A stretch of DNA of 61,346 nucleotides, the filler included, from Sphacelaria rigidula (taxonomy: Eukaryota): assembly GCA_964200075.2 (NCBI GenBank). It is 8 parts of 8 records of this genome, joined end to end, with 100 filler letters (N's around TTAATTAATTAA, not from the genome) between each part and the next. Parts side by side here need not be neighbours in the genome. Positions count along the whole stretch, not along the records: positions 7,682 to 15,262 come from CAXNAA020014232.1; positions 15,363 to 22,943 come from CAXNAA020014233.1; 6 more parts are not named here. One strand, written 5' to 3'. A model generated the notes under the pieces. The model did not search any database. It saw only the letters and a program-made list of their open reading frames with translations, and had not been told where the DNA came from. The stretch's first letter is position 1, and the number at the start of each line of letters is the position of its first letter. The translations under genes and the position numbers were made by a program. Shown in pieces: positions 11,901 through 23,043 of this stretch.

Positions 11901-14900
11901 AGCATATCGTGCCCAGCCAACCAACAGCTATGTCAGTAACCGAGAAAGTGGATATTTTAAGTTTTGCGTGGTCATGCTTCAGGTAGGTGTCACACCTCTG
12001 TGTGCGCCGCCAGCGGTCGCTTTTGTTCATGTTATCCTACAAGCAAGATGTTTGTAAAACAACCCATAATTGTATCCAACATCTTCCGGAAGATGCTTTG
12101 CATGCTCCCACGTTGTTTCTGCAGATCCAAGAAGACCTATAACAACTTTATTCATTTATTTTTTCTGTCGTGGAAAGGTTGTATCCCAGCGACCGATCCC
12201 AATTTTCTTTTCTTTTTCAAGAGCATGCCGACTTGTATCAGAAGACCCTTTCCATCACTCTCAGAAGACGAGGAGCACGTCAACCCCGGGTCTGCTCTCT
12301 GCGCATCTCGGCCTAGACCCGCACTTTATTCCCTCTACGCGTCAGACTGACGTACGTTTGAGCCTTGAAGGCCATACCAGTCGCGATGGTGATGACTCAT
12401 TGCTTAAATGAGAACCGTCGTCTTTGCGTGTTTATGGACCATGGCTCAGGTGTGCTGGCATGATGGAGGACACGAAGAACCCTTTCTGTAGAGATGGGGG
12501 CTGCTACAATTGCGAGGTTGAAGTAGTCGAAGCTTTGGAATTGGTGAGTATCGATCAGCGAAGGTCCCATCTGTGAATATGCTGCATTAGATCCGACTCT
12601 ACAGCGTTGATCATGACACTTGAAACTTTCAAGTGTAGTTTTGCGCTATTTCGTGTCGCGTTCACTACAGCGGCAGCCAAGGTTTGGGTCCCTTCTTCTG
12701 TGAGAAGCGTCCATGACTACATGACAGAATGCACATCGTGAGGGTTTTGTCGACAATGTTAATCCTACTAGGATTTGCGTCTTGGAACTCATGAGCTGCA
12801 TTCGCAGAGCCTTGCATGAAGACATCGTGAGAATTTCGCCCGTCAGTGACCGCGTGGTCGACTCGAGTGGCCCCGACCGGCTGGCAAATCAACGCGACTC
12901 CCACTATATGCGCTGACACCAAAATACGTTGCAGTGTTTTCATATTTCGCTTGAAAGGCACTTTCAAATTGGTTTCCATCGTGCTGACTGCTGCGCTGCG
13001 AAGGGTTTGGAAGATAACTTGGTTCGGGCGTGCATGTTCAAGGTCCCGGAAGGAGCCAAGCAACTCACCCTCATCCAGGTGATTCCTCCGCTCTGTCTTT
13101 GCTTGAAACACTTGCTAATGTGCTGCCTTGCTCTTCGTCGCCTGAACAACTTGGTAGTGGAATCCACATACCCCATCGATGGCGGAGTCCAGTTTGGTAC
13201 CGCGTATCAATATCATCGATTTGTTTTCGACACGATTCGGTAGAAAATGTATGCTTCACGAAGACGGGACCCCTACACGCAATCTCTACCGTACAGAGCA
13301 ATGAACACTCCGCATTTGCCTTTGCCCGCTCATTCTCCCATCCCCAACCTTGCGAATTGGCTCAGATGTCGAGCGACGAAGCGTTTGACGGCATGCTCTA
13401 GCTCAGCTTCTGGATTTGCCTACGTGGGAGCACGGTAGTACCCGGTCGATGATATCTTGGAGGTTACGAGGGGGTGTTTTGCGAACAACTCATGTACGGT
13501 TGACCGGTCCGCGAGGGTTCGTGGTGCAGTTGGCCACTGGTTGATGTTACCCATCGTGAGGGGGCACTAGCTTACAGTCGTTTTGCTTGCTAGATCGCAG
13601 AACCTTACATGAAGATAATGCGTAGTGCTAGGGGGTTGCCGTGAGCGCTGGGTCGTGCATTTTTGTATATACGTACGGTTTTCGAACAGCAGGACATTTG
13701 GGACCTGCCCTCTGCAAAACATCTGCTATTAATCGTAGGGTTGAATGAGCACTTGGGATTTGGGATTCGGAATGTGGTCCCCGCCAGCAGAAGAAGCTGC
13801 GCAAAGACCAACAAGTGCAGGGACACTGGTTACACCCATCTTAGGTCGGAAAGCATGCTGCATGACGCTTTTGTTGCTTTTTCGTGTTGTGAGGCTTGCC
13901 TCTACGCGTCGCCGCTATCCATCTCCATAGACTCAAGTTTCACGATCTTTCTTTGTAGCTCACGTGTGCGTTGCTATGCTTACGCCAAAGATCTGTGCGT
14001 GCTACCTTGAAAAAAAAATTGAATCCGTTAAGATATAATCAGCAGGACTGGTACTCAACCAAAGCGTGATGTGTAAGTCTGGAGGGACGACTAGGGCTAG
14101 ACCTCAGCTTTGCTTCGGATCGTCGCCATCCTCATTTCGTAGCGACAACTCGTAGCGTGTTTTCAATACACAGTGTGTTGACCTTGGCGAGTGTACTCTC
14201 GCACGGAATCCTGATCGCTGCGTTCATAGCTTGTGGCCGTTGAAATTAGTGGGTGCCCTGTGAAGGGATCATGTGGTTCATGATGGTCCACAAGCAAAGG
14301 TGTGTCAAGGGTTAGTCTCCGAAACGACGAGGATGGTGTTGTGCACGTCCGTCGTGAAGTTGCGGCTGTTTAAAAGTTGGGAGCAATTTTTCGTTGGAAC
14401 CTTACATGAAAAGGGTGTTCAGTCGGACCTTTTGGCCATGCATGCGGCCCTACTGCATAGACCTGCCTAGGATGTAAGCTCTTCGTTGAATTCGGGAGGA
14501 TACACAGCCTCTAGTTCGCACGGTACACGTGGACACCGACGCATGAGGCACTGCAATCCCACAGCGCTTAGCCAGCTAGCGCTGAGCATGTCACCATGCG
14601 CAAACTTCAATGAGTGGTTCCTGGCAGGGTCGTGCGATGTGTGCGATGTAGCCGGAAGCAAGAAAGAACTGGATCCATCGATCCGAACAGGCCTTGAGAG
14701 CCATTTGAATTGTGTGGATGAAGTTGAGAAAAATCAACTGTTGAGCTTTCATACCCGTTGCGAACTCCGGTCGGGAGTGAGTACGGTAGCAACGAAAGCT
14801 AGCTATGATAGGGTTTGCCTGCCGTACTACGGACAGCGTTGCGTGAAAGCCACAAGACATTCGCTGTCGGCGGTTGATGGCGTGGATCTCAAATGCAACG

Positions 14901-15262
14901 ACAAGGGATTGATCGTAGAGCACTCTCGTCCCAGCTTGTAATGCATTATCTCCTCACATCGGAACAATTCTGGAAAAGCTACTCGTAGTGTACCCAGATG
15001 TTCACGCGACCAGCGTGTGCTCCAGATTGCAGCATGGACGGACTCCTACGCGCCACACTAGCAACAGTTAGGTCACCACCATAGGTATCTTTTTTCACTC
15101 CGCATGTCAAAAAGGTCTCTACAAGTGTTTGATCTCTCATACACCCCCCTCAACTGGCGTGTGGCAGGCTGTTCTCGTCGGGCACCCAGAGGATCAGATG
15201 TGGGTAAACTCAATGATGAATAACACCCCCCAAGTTCAGATTGAAGCTATCTGTTATGGCCG

Positions 15263-15362
15263 NNNNNNNNNNNNNNNNNNNNNNNNNNNNNNNNNNNNNN
15301 NNNNNNTTAATTAATTAANNNNNNNNNNNNNNNNNNNNNNNNNNNNNNNNNNNNNNNNNNNN
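15263..15362. other. Artificial scaffold linker
   Basis: 44 N + TTAATTAATTAA + 44 N. Confidence 0.97.
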
Positions 15363-15510
15363 ACCGATGATCTTGCATTTGGATGACAGCCAACAATGAG
15401 TTGCTTTATTCTGTGGTATTGCCACTTCCAGAGACAGTCACGGCTTTTACACTGCCTCATGGGTGTCTAACCGTTGGGGGGAGGGGGGGGGGGTACTCAT
15501 TTGGTGCTTG
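15363..15510. repeat. Copy of the dispersed composite repeat (see 22161-22943)
   Basis: gcatttggatgacagccaacaatgagttgctttattct..ccacttccagagacag also opens the scaffolds at 38406 and 53767 and occurs inverted at about 22520-22620. Confidence 0.85.
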
Positions 15511-17763
15511 CGTTAGTTATTTGACCATTGACCACGCATCCGCTGCCAGACGAAGCACATGGAGCTGGGGAGAGATGTCTGAGAAGAGGTCTGAGTTGGA
15601 GTAATGTTATTTGGGTGCGTCGGTGCGTCGGTGTGTGCCTGTGATGGCATTTTTTCACTGACTGACTTGATTTGTTTTGGTGCGTGCTCCCGCGTACATG
15701 CGTTCGACATTGAAGTCTTGCCACATGCTTTTTCACGCGCCAACCTGTAACAACCCGTGTTTCTGGTCTGGTTTGAACATGGGTCAGTTGACACGTGTGG
15801 GATGTGTGCAGTTTGTATATTCACCTGAATGTGTTTTTTGTTCGCCTAGACGGTAGTTTATCGTTGCGTTTCGCCGTTGCACTTCATGACCAGCTTGCGG
15901 AAGGTTGCGCGAATGGTGGTTGCGGAAAGCACCGTTTTTTCGCGCGTATGAATGTACAAAGAATAATAACACCCGTCTGCAAAGGAAGGGAACACTGCTA
16001 TCAGAGCAGGCCGAGAATCGATGTCCTGCGTCCCGATGCAGCGAAAAGAGCTGCAGCCTTTTGGTGCACACGTGACACCCACAGGGGCATATAGATGAAG
16101 GAACTGAAAATCGATTGTAATATTTTTTTCTCGTCAAATCCTTGACGGCGAGGGTAGGTCATCTGGATCAGGCAGTGATTCTCCGAGTGAAAGTGATGCC
16201 GATTTAACAGATGACCTGACCTGAGGTGGTCACACGCTTGACAAACGGCTACATCCCATACCACTCCAAGACTCTTCCAATACACCAACTTGCACCCGCG
16301 GCTGCCCCTTCCTCGCGCTCTCCGTCACAATCAAAACAGTGTCTCCACCCTCGCCCATCCCAAAAAAACTCCCCCTCGACTTGCGCGCGCTGCCGGGCGC
16401 TCTCCGTAGGTGGCGACCGTTGCCTGCCTTGCGCTCTTTACCTCCTTGCCCGCGCTCGGAAGGTGTTTACCCGTCGCACCATAATGTTTTAATTCTATCT
16501 CGAGACAGCGGCGATTTGTACGTTTTGACGCGAACAACATCCGTGACAGACGTGTCCATTGATATTGTGCAAATCTCGTACTTCGAGAGGAATGACTTCA
16601 CCAACTGCTGGTGGATCGGCACAAGCGAAGGAACTAGGTTTTTCCCTTGCCTGTCTTGACATCAACCTCTTCGTCACCCACCGCAGAATCCGCGTACTGT
16701 TCTAGAGCATTCCTCAAACATGTATCCCTACCAAAAAGCGATAAGAGCCCACACGTAATCTCATCTTTCATTCTTGCGTCGAGAAGACTTTTTGGGCGTA
16801 GGTGACAGTTATGGGGGTGATTGGGGCCCGATTTTGGGCACTAAATACCTGGAAAATGGACCGACCAACTCCACAGTCGGTTGGATGCAGAAGAAATGAA
16901 ACCTAAATGAGCCAATCGGTATCAATCACAAGTACACGCGTCACTCCAAATGACGACGGCGCTCATGCAAAATGTACTATTGCAACAATATATTCTAGAA
17001 CAAACCTGTGACTGGCGTTGCTGTACACCTGTACACAGGGTTACAACAACTGGAGGATAGAAGCTGCTGCTCGTGTTGTTACCGTGCCCCTCTTGTTGCA
17101 GTATGTTGTTGTGCTTATCTTTCAACTCTATTTCCTCGGCAACGAAGCAGAGGATTGGACTGCAGTTTGATGCATGCGCTTCCCACACACCAGAACTATT
17201 AAGTGTTGAAAGCAGGTTTCCGTAACGCGTGCCGCGGAGGCCGCAGCACTTCGCAAACCGCTGCACCAAACACAGAATGTACTGAAAATGCGTTTCCTAC
17301 AACGTTCTGAGGCTTTTCGGATCCGCTGTGGCAAATTGGGCAAATCCGCTTACGGCGCTGAAAAGGTCTAGTGTGTGTGCGGAGGGCTGTGAAGTTCCAG
17401 AGGCCGCTGTGCTTCTTGTCTCGAGATAATTGCGATGACAAAATTACATCTGTCGCATATAAAACCTAGGTAACTTTGGATGGAGAGTCTGTTATGCTCG
17501 GCACAGGTTCGGCACAGGTCCGAACAGTCCATGACGTCTTCAATACGTCTTCAATATCCCTCCGCATTCATTTTATTTTTTGTGGGAAACGGAGTTTTGG
17601 CCGGTGAGGCCTTGATTCACCCCCATACCACTGTTTCGACTCGATTCTCCACTCGTAGCGAGAGTGGCCGTGGGGCCGCCAACCGGCTGCTGTGCGGTTT
17701 TGTATGGGACATGATGTGCAGACCAATGATTGCGCTCTCCCGCCTGTACGGCGGCTGCCCGCG

Positions 17764-17948
17764 GCCGTACGCAGTGCAGCAGGGCCGCGTGTATGTCTTG
17801 TGCGAAACAGGCCGTTCGGGGTTCTCTTCAAACCGACCGGACCGATTCCACGTATCTCACTGGCGATTTTTCCATGAGGAGTTTCCATGAGGAAGATCCC
17901 GGACACTTGACAAATATATTTTCCCCTTGCTGATTTTTGACCGATTCG
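17764..17948 (+). repeat. ~180-bp dispersed repeat, left inverted copy flanking the TPR exon array
   Basis: cagcagggc..tgtgcg..ggggttctcttc..cgaccggac..catgaggaag..ttgaccgattcg aligns with the reverse complement of 20379-20552 and with about 50335-50485. Confidence 0.75.
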
Positions 17949-17965
17949 TATGACCACTATCGCAG

Positions 17966-18091
17966 GGCAAGTACGCCGAAGCGGTGCCACTCTACGAGCG
18001 GTGCCAGGCGATGCAAGAGAAGGCTCTTGGCCCGGAGCACCCGAGCTTGGCGGCAACGCTCCACAACCGTGCGCGGTTGTTGCAAGCTCAG
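17966..18091 (+). CDS. TPR exon 1 (42-aa kinesin-light-chain/NB-ARC-TPR-type repeat)
   Basis: cgcag|GGCAAG...GCTCAG|gtgag; 126 nt; GKYAEAVPLYERCQAMQEKALGPEHPSLAATLHNRARLLQAQ. Confidence 0.9.
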
Positions 18092-18365
18092 GTGAGAGCC
18101 GATGGAGCGTTGTCGTAGTCGTTTTCTGTGTGGAAAACATCGTGTGGTTATTGCCGTCGGTCGCTTGTCCTTTGGGCCAATGTTGACTGAGAAGGTGAGT
18201 GCAAAGCCACCCCGTCCTACCTACCAGGCGTGGAGATCGAACATCGTGCCCTCTCGTGCACACATCGCTCGCTCGAGGGTGGGGTGAGGACGCGAGCGTC
18301 TTGCTACCGTCGCAGGATCGCCCTTGACTGTTTTGAGCTGCCTCTGCGTGTATACTTTATTGCAG

Positions 18366-18491
18366 GGCAAGTACGCCGAAGCTGAGCCACTCTATGAGCG
18401 GTGCCAGGCGATACTGGAGAAAGTTCTTGCTCCGGAGCATCCTGATTTGGCTGTAACACTGGGCAGCCGTGCGCGCTTGTTTCAAGCTCAG
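18366..18491 (+). CDS. TPR exon 2
   Basis: tgcag|...|gtgag; GKYAEAEPLYERCQAILEKVLAPEHPDLAVTLGSRARLFQAQ. Confidence 0.9.
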
Positions 18492-18785
18492 GTGAGAGCC
18501 GATGGAACTTTCTCGTTGTAGGGTGTCGACGTGTGAACGGCATTTTGTGGGGTTGAATATTATTCGCTGGCCCTGTGGGCCAACGTAGACTGAGCGGGTG
18601 ACTGCGACGAAGCGTATCCGTGGTACCTCCGAGCCGTGGAAATCGGGCATGGTACCCTTGGCCCTGTACACACATCACTCGCCGGTTGTAGACCTGGGCA
18701 GGGTGGTGACCCAAGCGCCTCGCCATTGTTGTAGGTCCGCCGTTGACTGTCATGAGATGCTTCTGCACCATTCATTACATTGCAG

Positions 18786-18911
18786 GGCAAGTACGCCGAG
18801 GCCAAGGCACTCTTCGAGCGTTGCCAGGCAATGCAGGAGAAAGTTCTCGGCCCTGAACACCCAAACTTGGCGAAAACACTCAACTACCATGCGGAGTTGT
18901 TACAAGCTCAG
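18786..18911 (+). CDS. TPR exon 3
   Basis: tgcag|...|gtaag; GKYAEAKALFERCQAMQEKVLGPEHPNLAKTLNYHAELLQAQ. Confidence 0.9.
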
Positions 18912-19204
18912 GTAAGAGCCGAAGGAGCTTTGTCGTTGCTGTGTGTCGACGTTTGAACAATATCGTGTGGTATTGGATGTTGCTTGCTAGTCAGCGGGCC
19001 AACGGTGGCTGAGAGGGTCAGTTCGGCGATGTCAACCCGTGGTACCTTTGAGTAGTGGAGATTGGGCGTAGTACCCTCGGCCCTGCACATACGCTGCTCG
19101 CCGGATGTACACTTGGGTCGCGCGGTGGCACGAGTGTCTCACCGCCGTTGTAGGTCGGACGTCGACTGTTATAGGCTTCTTCTGCGTCGTGTATTACATT
19201 TCAG

Positions 19205-19330
19205 GGCAAGTACGCCGGGGCGGAGCGACTCTACAAGCGGTGCCAGGCGATACAAGAGAAAGTTCTCGGCCTTGGGCACCCGAGTTTGGCCTCCACGCTC
19301 CACAACCGTGCAGGGTTGTTGCAAGCTCAG
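19205..19330 (+). CDS. TPR exon 4
   Basis: ttcag|...|gtgag; GKYAGAERLYKRCQAIQEKVLGLGHPSLASTLHNRAGLLQAQ. Confidence 0.9.
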
Positions 19331-20378
19331 GTGAGAGCTGATGAGACTTTGTCGTATCACGTCGTGTGTTGAGGTGTGGATATCTTGTAGTGTCGATGTC
19401 GTTCGCCGGCCCTGTGTGCCAATGTTGACTGAGGGGGTGAGTGCGGTGAGGCCAAGCTGTGTACCTCCGATCCACGTAGATGGGGCATAATATACTTGGG
19501 CCTGTAAATATATCGCGCGTTGGCTGCACACTTGTGTTAGACGGTAGCGAGAGCTCCCTTCGGCTGGCGCAAGGCTCACCGTTACTGAGTTCGGTGCTCC
19601 CACGCCGTCGACGAATTTCAGAGAAGCGGCCGTCCAATGAAGGCTTCAGCGTGTCACAAGAAAGCATTGTTGTCAGCAGTGCAAACGGCGATGAGGTTGT
19701 CTTTCCGGCACCGGGTTGTGACTTTGCCGTGTCATTGCTTTTCAATATGACGGACGTGGTTAACTAATTTTCAATTTAAAGGGCCGGGTTGCATTCGAAA
19801 TGGTCATGCTCCACAGCGTGAAGTATGTTGAGGTTAAAGGGGCGCACCTCGTCGAAAGAAGGGGCTCCACATCAGGACAGACCCTTGGCAACACAGGCGA
19901 CGCCCATGGCTGAAGTACCCGGATGGCAAAGGGTTCATGTCACTGGGGAGCGACCACGCGCTTCATATACGTGAAAAATGCAGATTGCTCTCCGTCGTGC
20001 TCGTTTCATGTGATCTCAAAGCCATTTATTTGCTTGATGAGACCATGTTTTTGTTCGGGTTTGCTTTTCGTTTCCACTTGTTTCTCCGTTTTTTCTCAAG
20101 CGAGCGCTTCGTTTTGTTCCACTTGGGTACGTTTATGTTGAGACCACGGCTGCATCCCTCAGGAATCAATCAATGTACAAGACTAGTCACTCCAGCGGAT
20201 CGAATGAATCAGAACTGTATCATTGCGTTTTCGGGTGGCTGGCGTGTTCTTGGGCGGTCATGGTCCAAAGGTTTACCCTTGAAGATTCTGTGAGGCTCAG
20301 GCCTGTCCCACGATGGACAGACTGTATTGTATGTCAGTACCACACGCACACAAGATACACACACATTTTTAAGACGAG

Positions 20379-20552
20379 CGAACTGCTCAAAGTAGATATG
20401 GGAAGAAAGTTCAAAAGATGCCCCGACCCTTCCTGATGAAGAATCCAACAAGCCGGTCAGAAACGAAGGATCTGTCCGGTCGATCAGAAGAGAACCCCAG
20501 AAAGCCTTCTGCGCACATGATATGCACACTGCCCTGCTGTCTTGCTCACGGC
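20379..20552 (-). repeat. ~180-bp dispersed repeat, right inverted copy flanking the TPR exon array
   Basis: Reverse complement reads cagcagggcagtgtgcatatcatgtgcgcagaaggctttctggggttctcttctgatcgaccggacagat..catcaggaag.., matching 17764-17948. Confidence 0.75.
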
Positions 20553-21546
20553 GGTATTATCTATACACCATCATTCATCTTCCAAGTGAAATTTATGCCG
20601 ATGCAACAGAAAGCCCACCGTGGGGGTGACTGTATCGATGGACGAAGCCCAACTAAAATGCACAGTCCAATCCAGTCCAGTCCAGTCCGATGTTGTCTTC
20701 TCCCCCCACCTCCACCCCGCCCCCCCTGCTTCGTGCCTTCCCTTTGTCCATGAATATCATGAAAGATTAGACCACATCAAACCTCTGGAGAGCGTGGCAT
20801 CTTCCTGCCGCCAGCTCTAAAATTGAACGTTTTGACCGTGCGTCATCTGGATCTTGCCCTCATTTTCCAAGTGAAAATCAATGAATGCAAGAGATGACTC
20901 ACCCTGGGGGTGACACTCGCTTCATGTTTCCCCAAGAAACAAAACTGATGCTGTACAGACGGTACGGGGCACATGGCGTTACCGATAGGCTCAACCCAAC
21001 GAGAAACAGAAGAGTACACTACATTCAATATGATGTATTGTCCAGGACATGCCACGCCCTCTATGTTGGGTTCCCTATGCGGCCGGGTACACAAGCAGTA
21101 GCTATCTTCTCTTCATACTTTCTCGGAGTACGTTATACACGGTCAAACGCACGCACCGAAAAAAAATACTCCGACTCAGACCTCTCTTCCGAGATGGCGG
21201 GTTGGTCGGGAGACTCCTTGCAGGGGTCGACTCTGGCACCGCTGTTCTTCTTTGCGAAGTGTGCGATTCGGGCGCTGTTTTTTGTGTTTTGTGCTTCAAA
21301 TCTGTGTGCAGACGGCTTTGTCCTCCCTTTCATGGAACATCCCGCGATTAGCATAATGAAGCGGAACATGGCTGTTTCTTGCAGGATTTGAGGGTACACG
21401 TTTGAAAGCGCTCAAAAAAATAGGTTCGAATCTCCCCTTGTGTCCGCGGTGTGGAGGTGTACGTGGCTTCTGACGAAGGAGGACGTCGTCTGAACGTACG
21501 GTTCCTCCATCAAAAGGGTGTATGATAAACATAAACCAAGTCTATT

Positions 21547-21901
21547 GTGTGTGTTGTGTTTTTTGTCGTTCCATTTACTCTGGACGCGGGTCTACACCTT
21601 TCGGTATATGCGGGCGCATCAGCCGGGGTCACACAGGAGGAAGGCTAACACAGGAGTGTTTTCTTCTTTGTTTTAGTTCTCTACCTTCCTTCTGCGATGC
21701 TTGCTTTGTTTTATCGCGAGAGGGGTCCAGCAGTCCCTTTCCCTCGTCAACCATGCAGTCGAATTTTGTGTACCCACGACATGGCCGCTCTCCACTGTGA
21801 GGCATTTTGTGAAAAAAATCCCAGATCGCTCCGAGATTCGAACCCACGACCCAACCGTCAGGAGGTTTCGAGGTTACCAACTGAGTCACCGGGGCGATCG
21901 G
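21547..21901 (-). mobile_element. tRNA-derived SINE, near full length
   Basis: Minus-strand head ccgatcgccccggTGACTCAGTTGG (A box) ... GGTTCGAATCTC (B box), a ~270-bp body and a (CA)-rich tail; body shared with 30431-30624 and 48826-49017. Confidence 0.85.
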
Positions 21902-22160
21902 TATATTCATTTCAAAAAGGGGAGGAGAAATATGGGTTGCCTATGGTCGGAAAATACCGTCGAACAACCTGGACACTTTTCGGAGCCCCCCCCCCCCCCA
22001 CCCCATTCGCACACCTAACTGTCCATAGGAGAACCCGTAGCTCGCAAGTCAAAACCACCAAGAGACAAGTTTCTGGGCGAGAGGGTGAACGAGTTCCTTC
22101 ATCGCATCTACATAACACAGGCAGCGATGGTGATACATCCCTTTTGACCCCCCCCGCTCA

Positions 22161-22943
22161 GCCTGGTCTGGCGAAAACCCGGCGTGCTCCGTCCCGGCTT
22201 TGTAGGGATGCGAGGTCAATGTTCATACTTCGTATGACTACAGCATGCAAAATCATGAGTACACTCCGTATGGGGGTTGGCGTTGGTTGGTGATGACGCT
22301 GTAAAACACGCCACTCACTGCGTAAGCTATGCAACCAGGTTACCGATTGTCTTTGTGCGCTTGCGTTTTGTTTTGCGGTAACCATGATGGTGGTCGAGCT
22401 AGATCATATATTATGGAGTGAGAGAAGTCAACTCCGCTCGAAGAGTATGATAATACCACGTAGTATTCAAATGGTGAGGTACTCATGATCATACCACGTA
22501 GTATTCAAATGGTGCGGTACTCATGAGGCAGTATGTAAGCCGTGGCTGTCTCTGGAAGTGGTGATACCAGAAAATGAAGCAAGTCATCGGAGGCTGTCAT
22601 CCAAATGCAAGATAATCAATCGCATTCGGGCCGAACAGTCCTATATAGCAGGATGCAGCTCACCAATCATGCGACTTGCCAAACACATCACGGCGCTTCG
22701 CGCTTGGTGATTGGTTGCTAGCCTGGTCTGGTGAAAACTCGGCGTGCTCCATCCTGGCTTTGTAGAGATGCGAGGTCAATGGTCATATGACTACGGCATG
22801 CAAGATCATGAGTCCCCCCCCCCCCCCCGACACCTGATCCGGCGAGAACCCGGCGTGCTCCGTCCCGGCTTTGTAGGGGCGGACCCCCGATGGGGTTGGC
22901 GTCGCTTGGCGATGACGCTATAAAACACGCCACTTACTGCGGA
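22161..22943. repeat. Composite dispersed/tandem repeat, ~560-bp period
   Basis: gcctggtctgg.gaaaac.cggcgtgctcc..aaaacacgccact occurs at 22161 and 22721. Pieces recur at scaffold starts 15363, 23044, 38406, 46087 and 53767. Internal 38-bp tandem duplication at about 22447-22525. Confidence 0.8.
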
Positions 22944-23043
22944 NNNNNNNNNNNNNNNNNNNNNNNNNNNNNNNNNNNNNNNNNNNNTTAATTAATTAAN
23001 NNNNNNNNNNNNNNNNNNNNNNNNNNNNNNNNNNNNNNNNNNN
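22944..23043. other. Artificial scaffold linker
   Basis: 44 N + TTAATTAATTAA + 44 N. Confidence 0.97.

Noticed and set aside
21825-21901. tRNA gene
   Set aside because: A/B boxes are present, but the head is fused to a repeated non-tRNA body in several copies, so it is a SINE.
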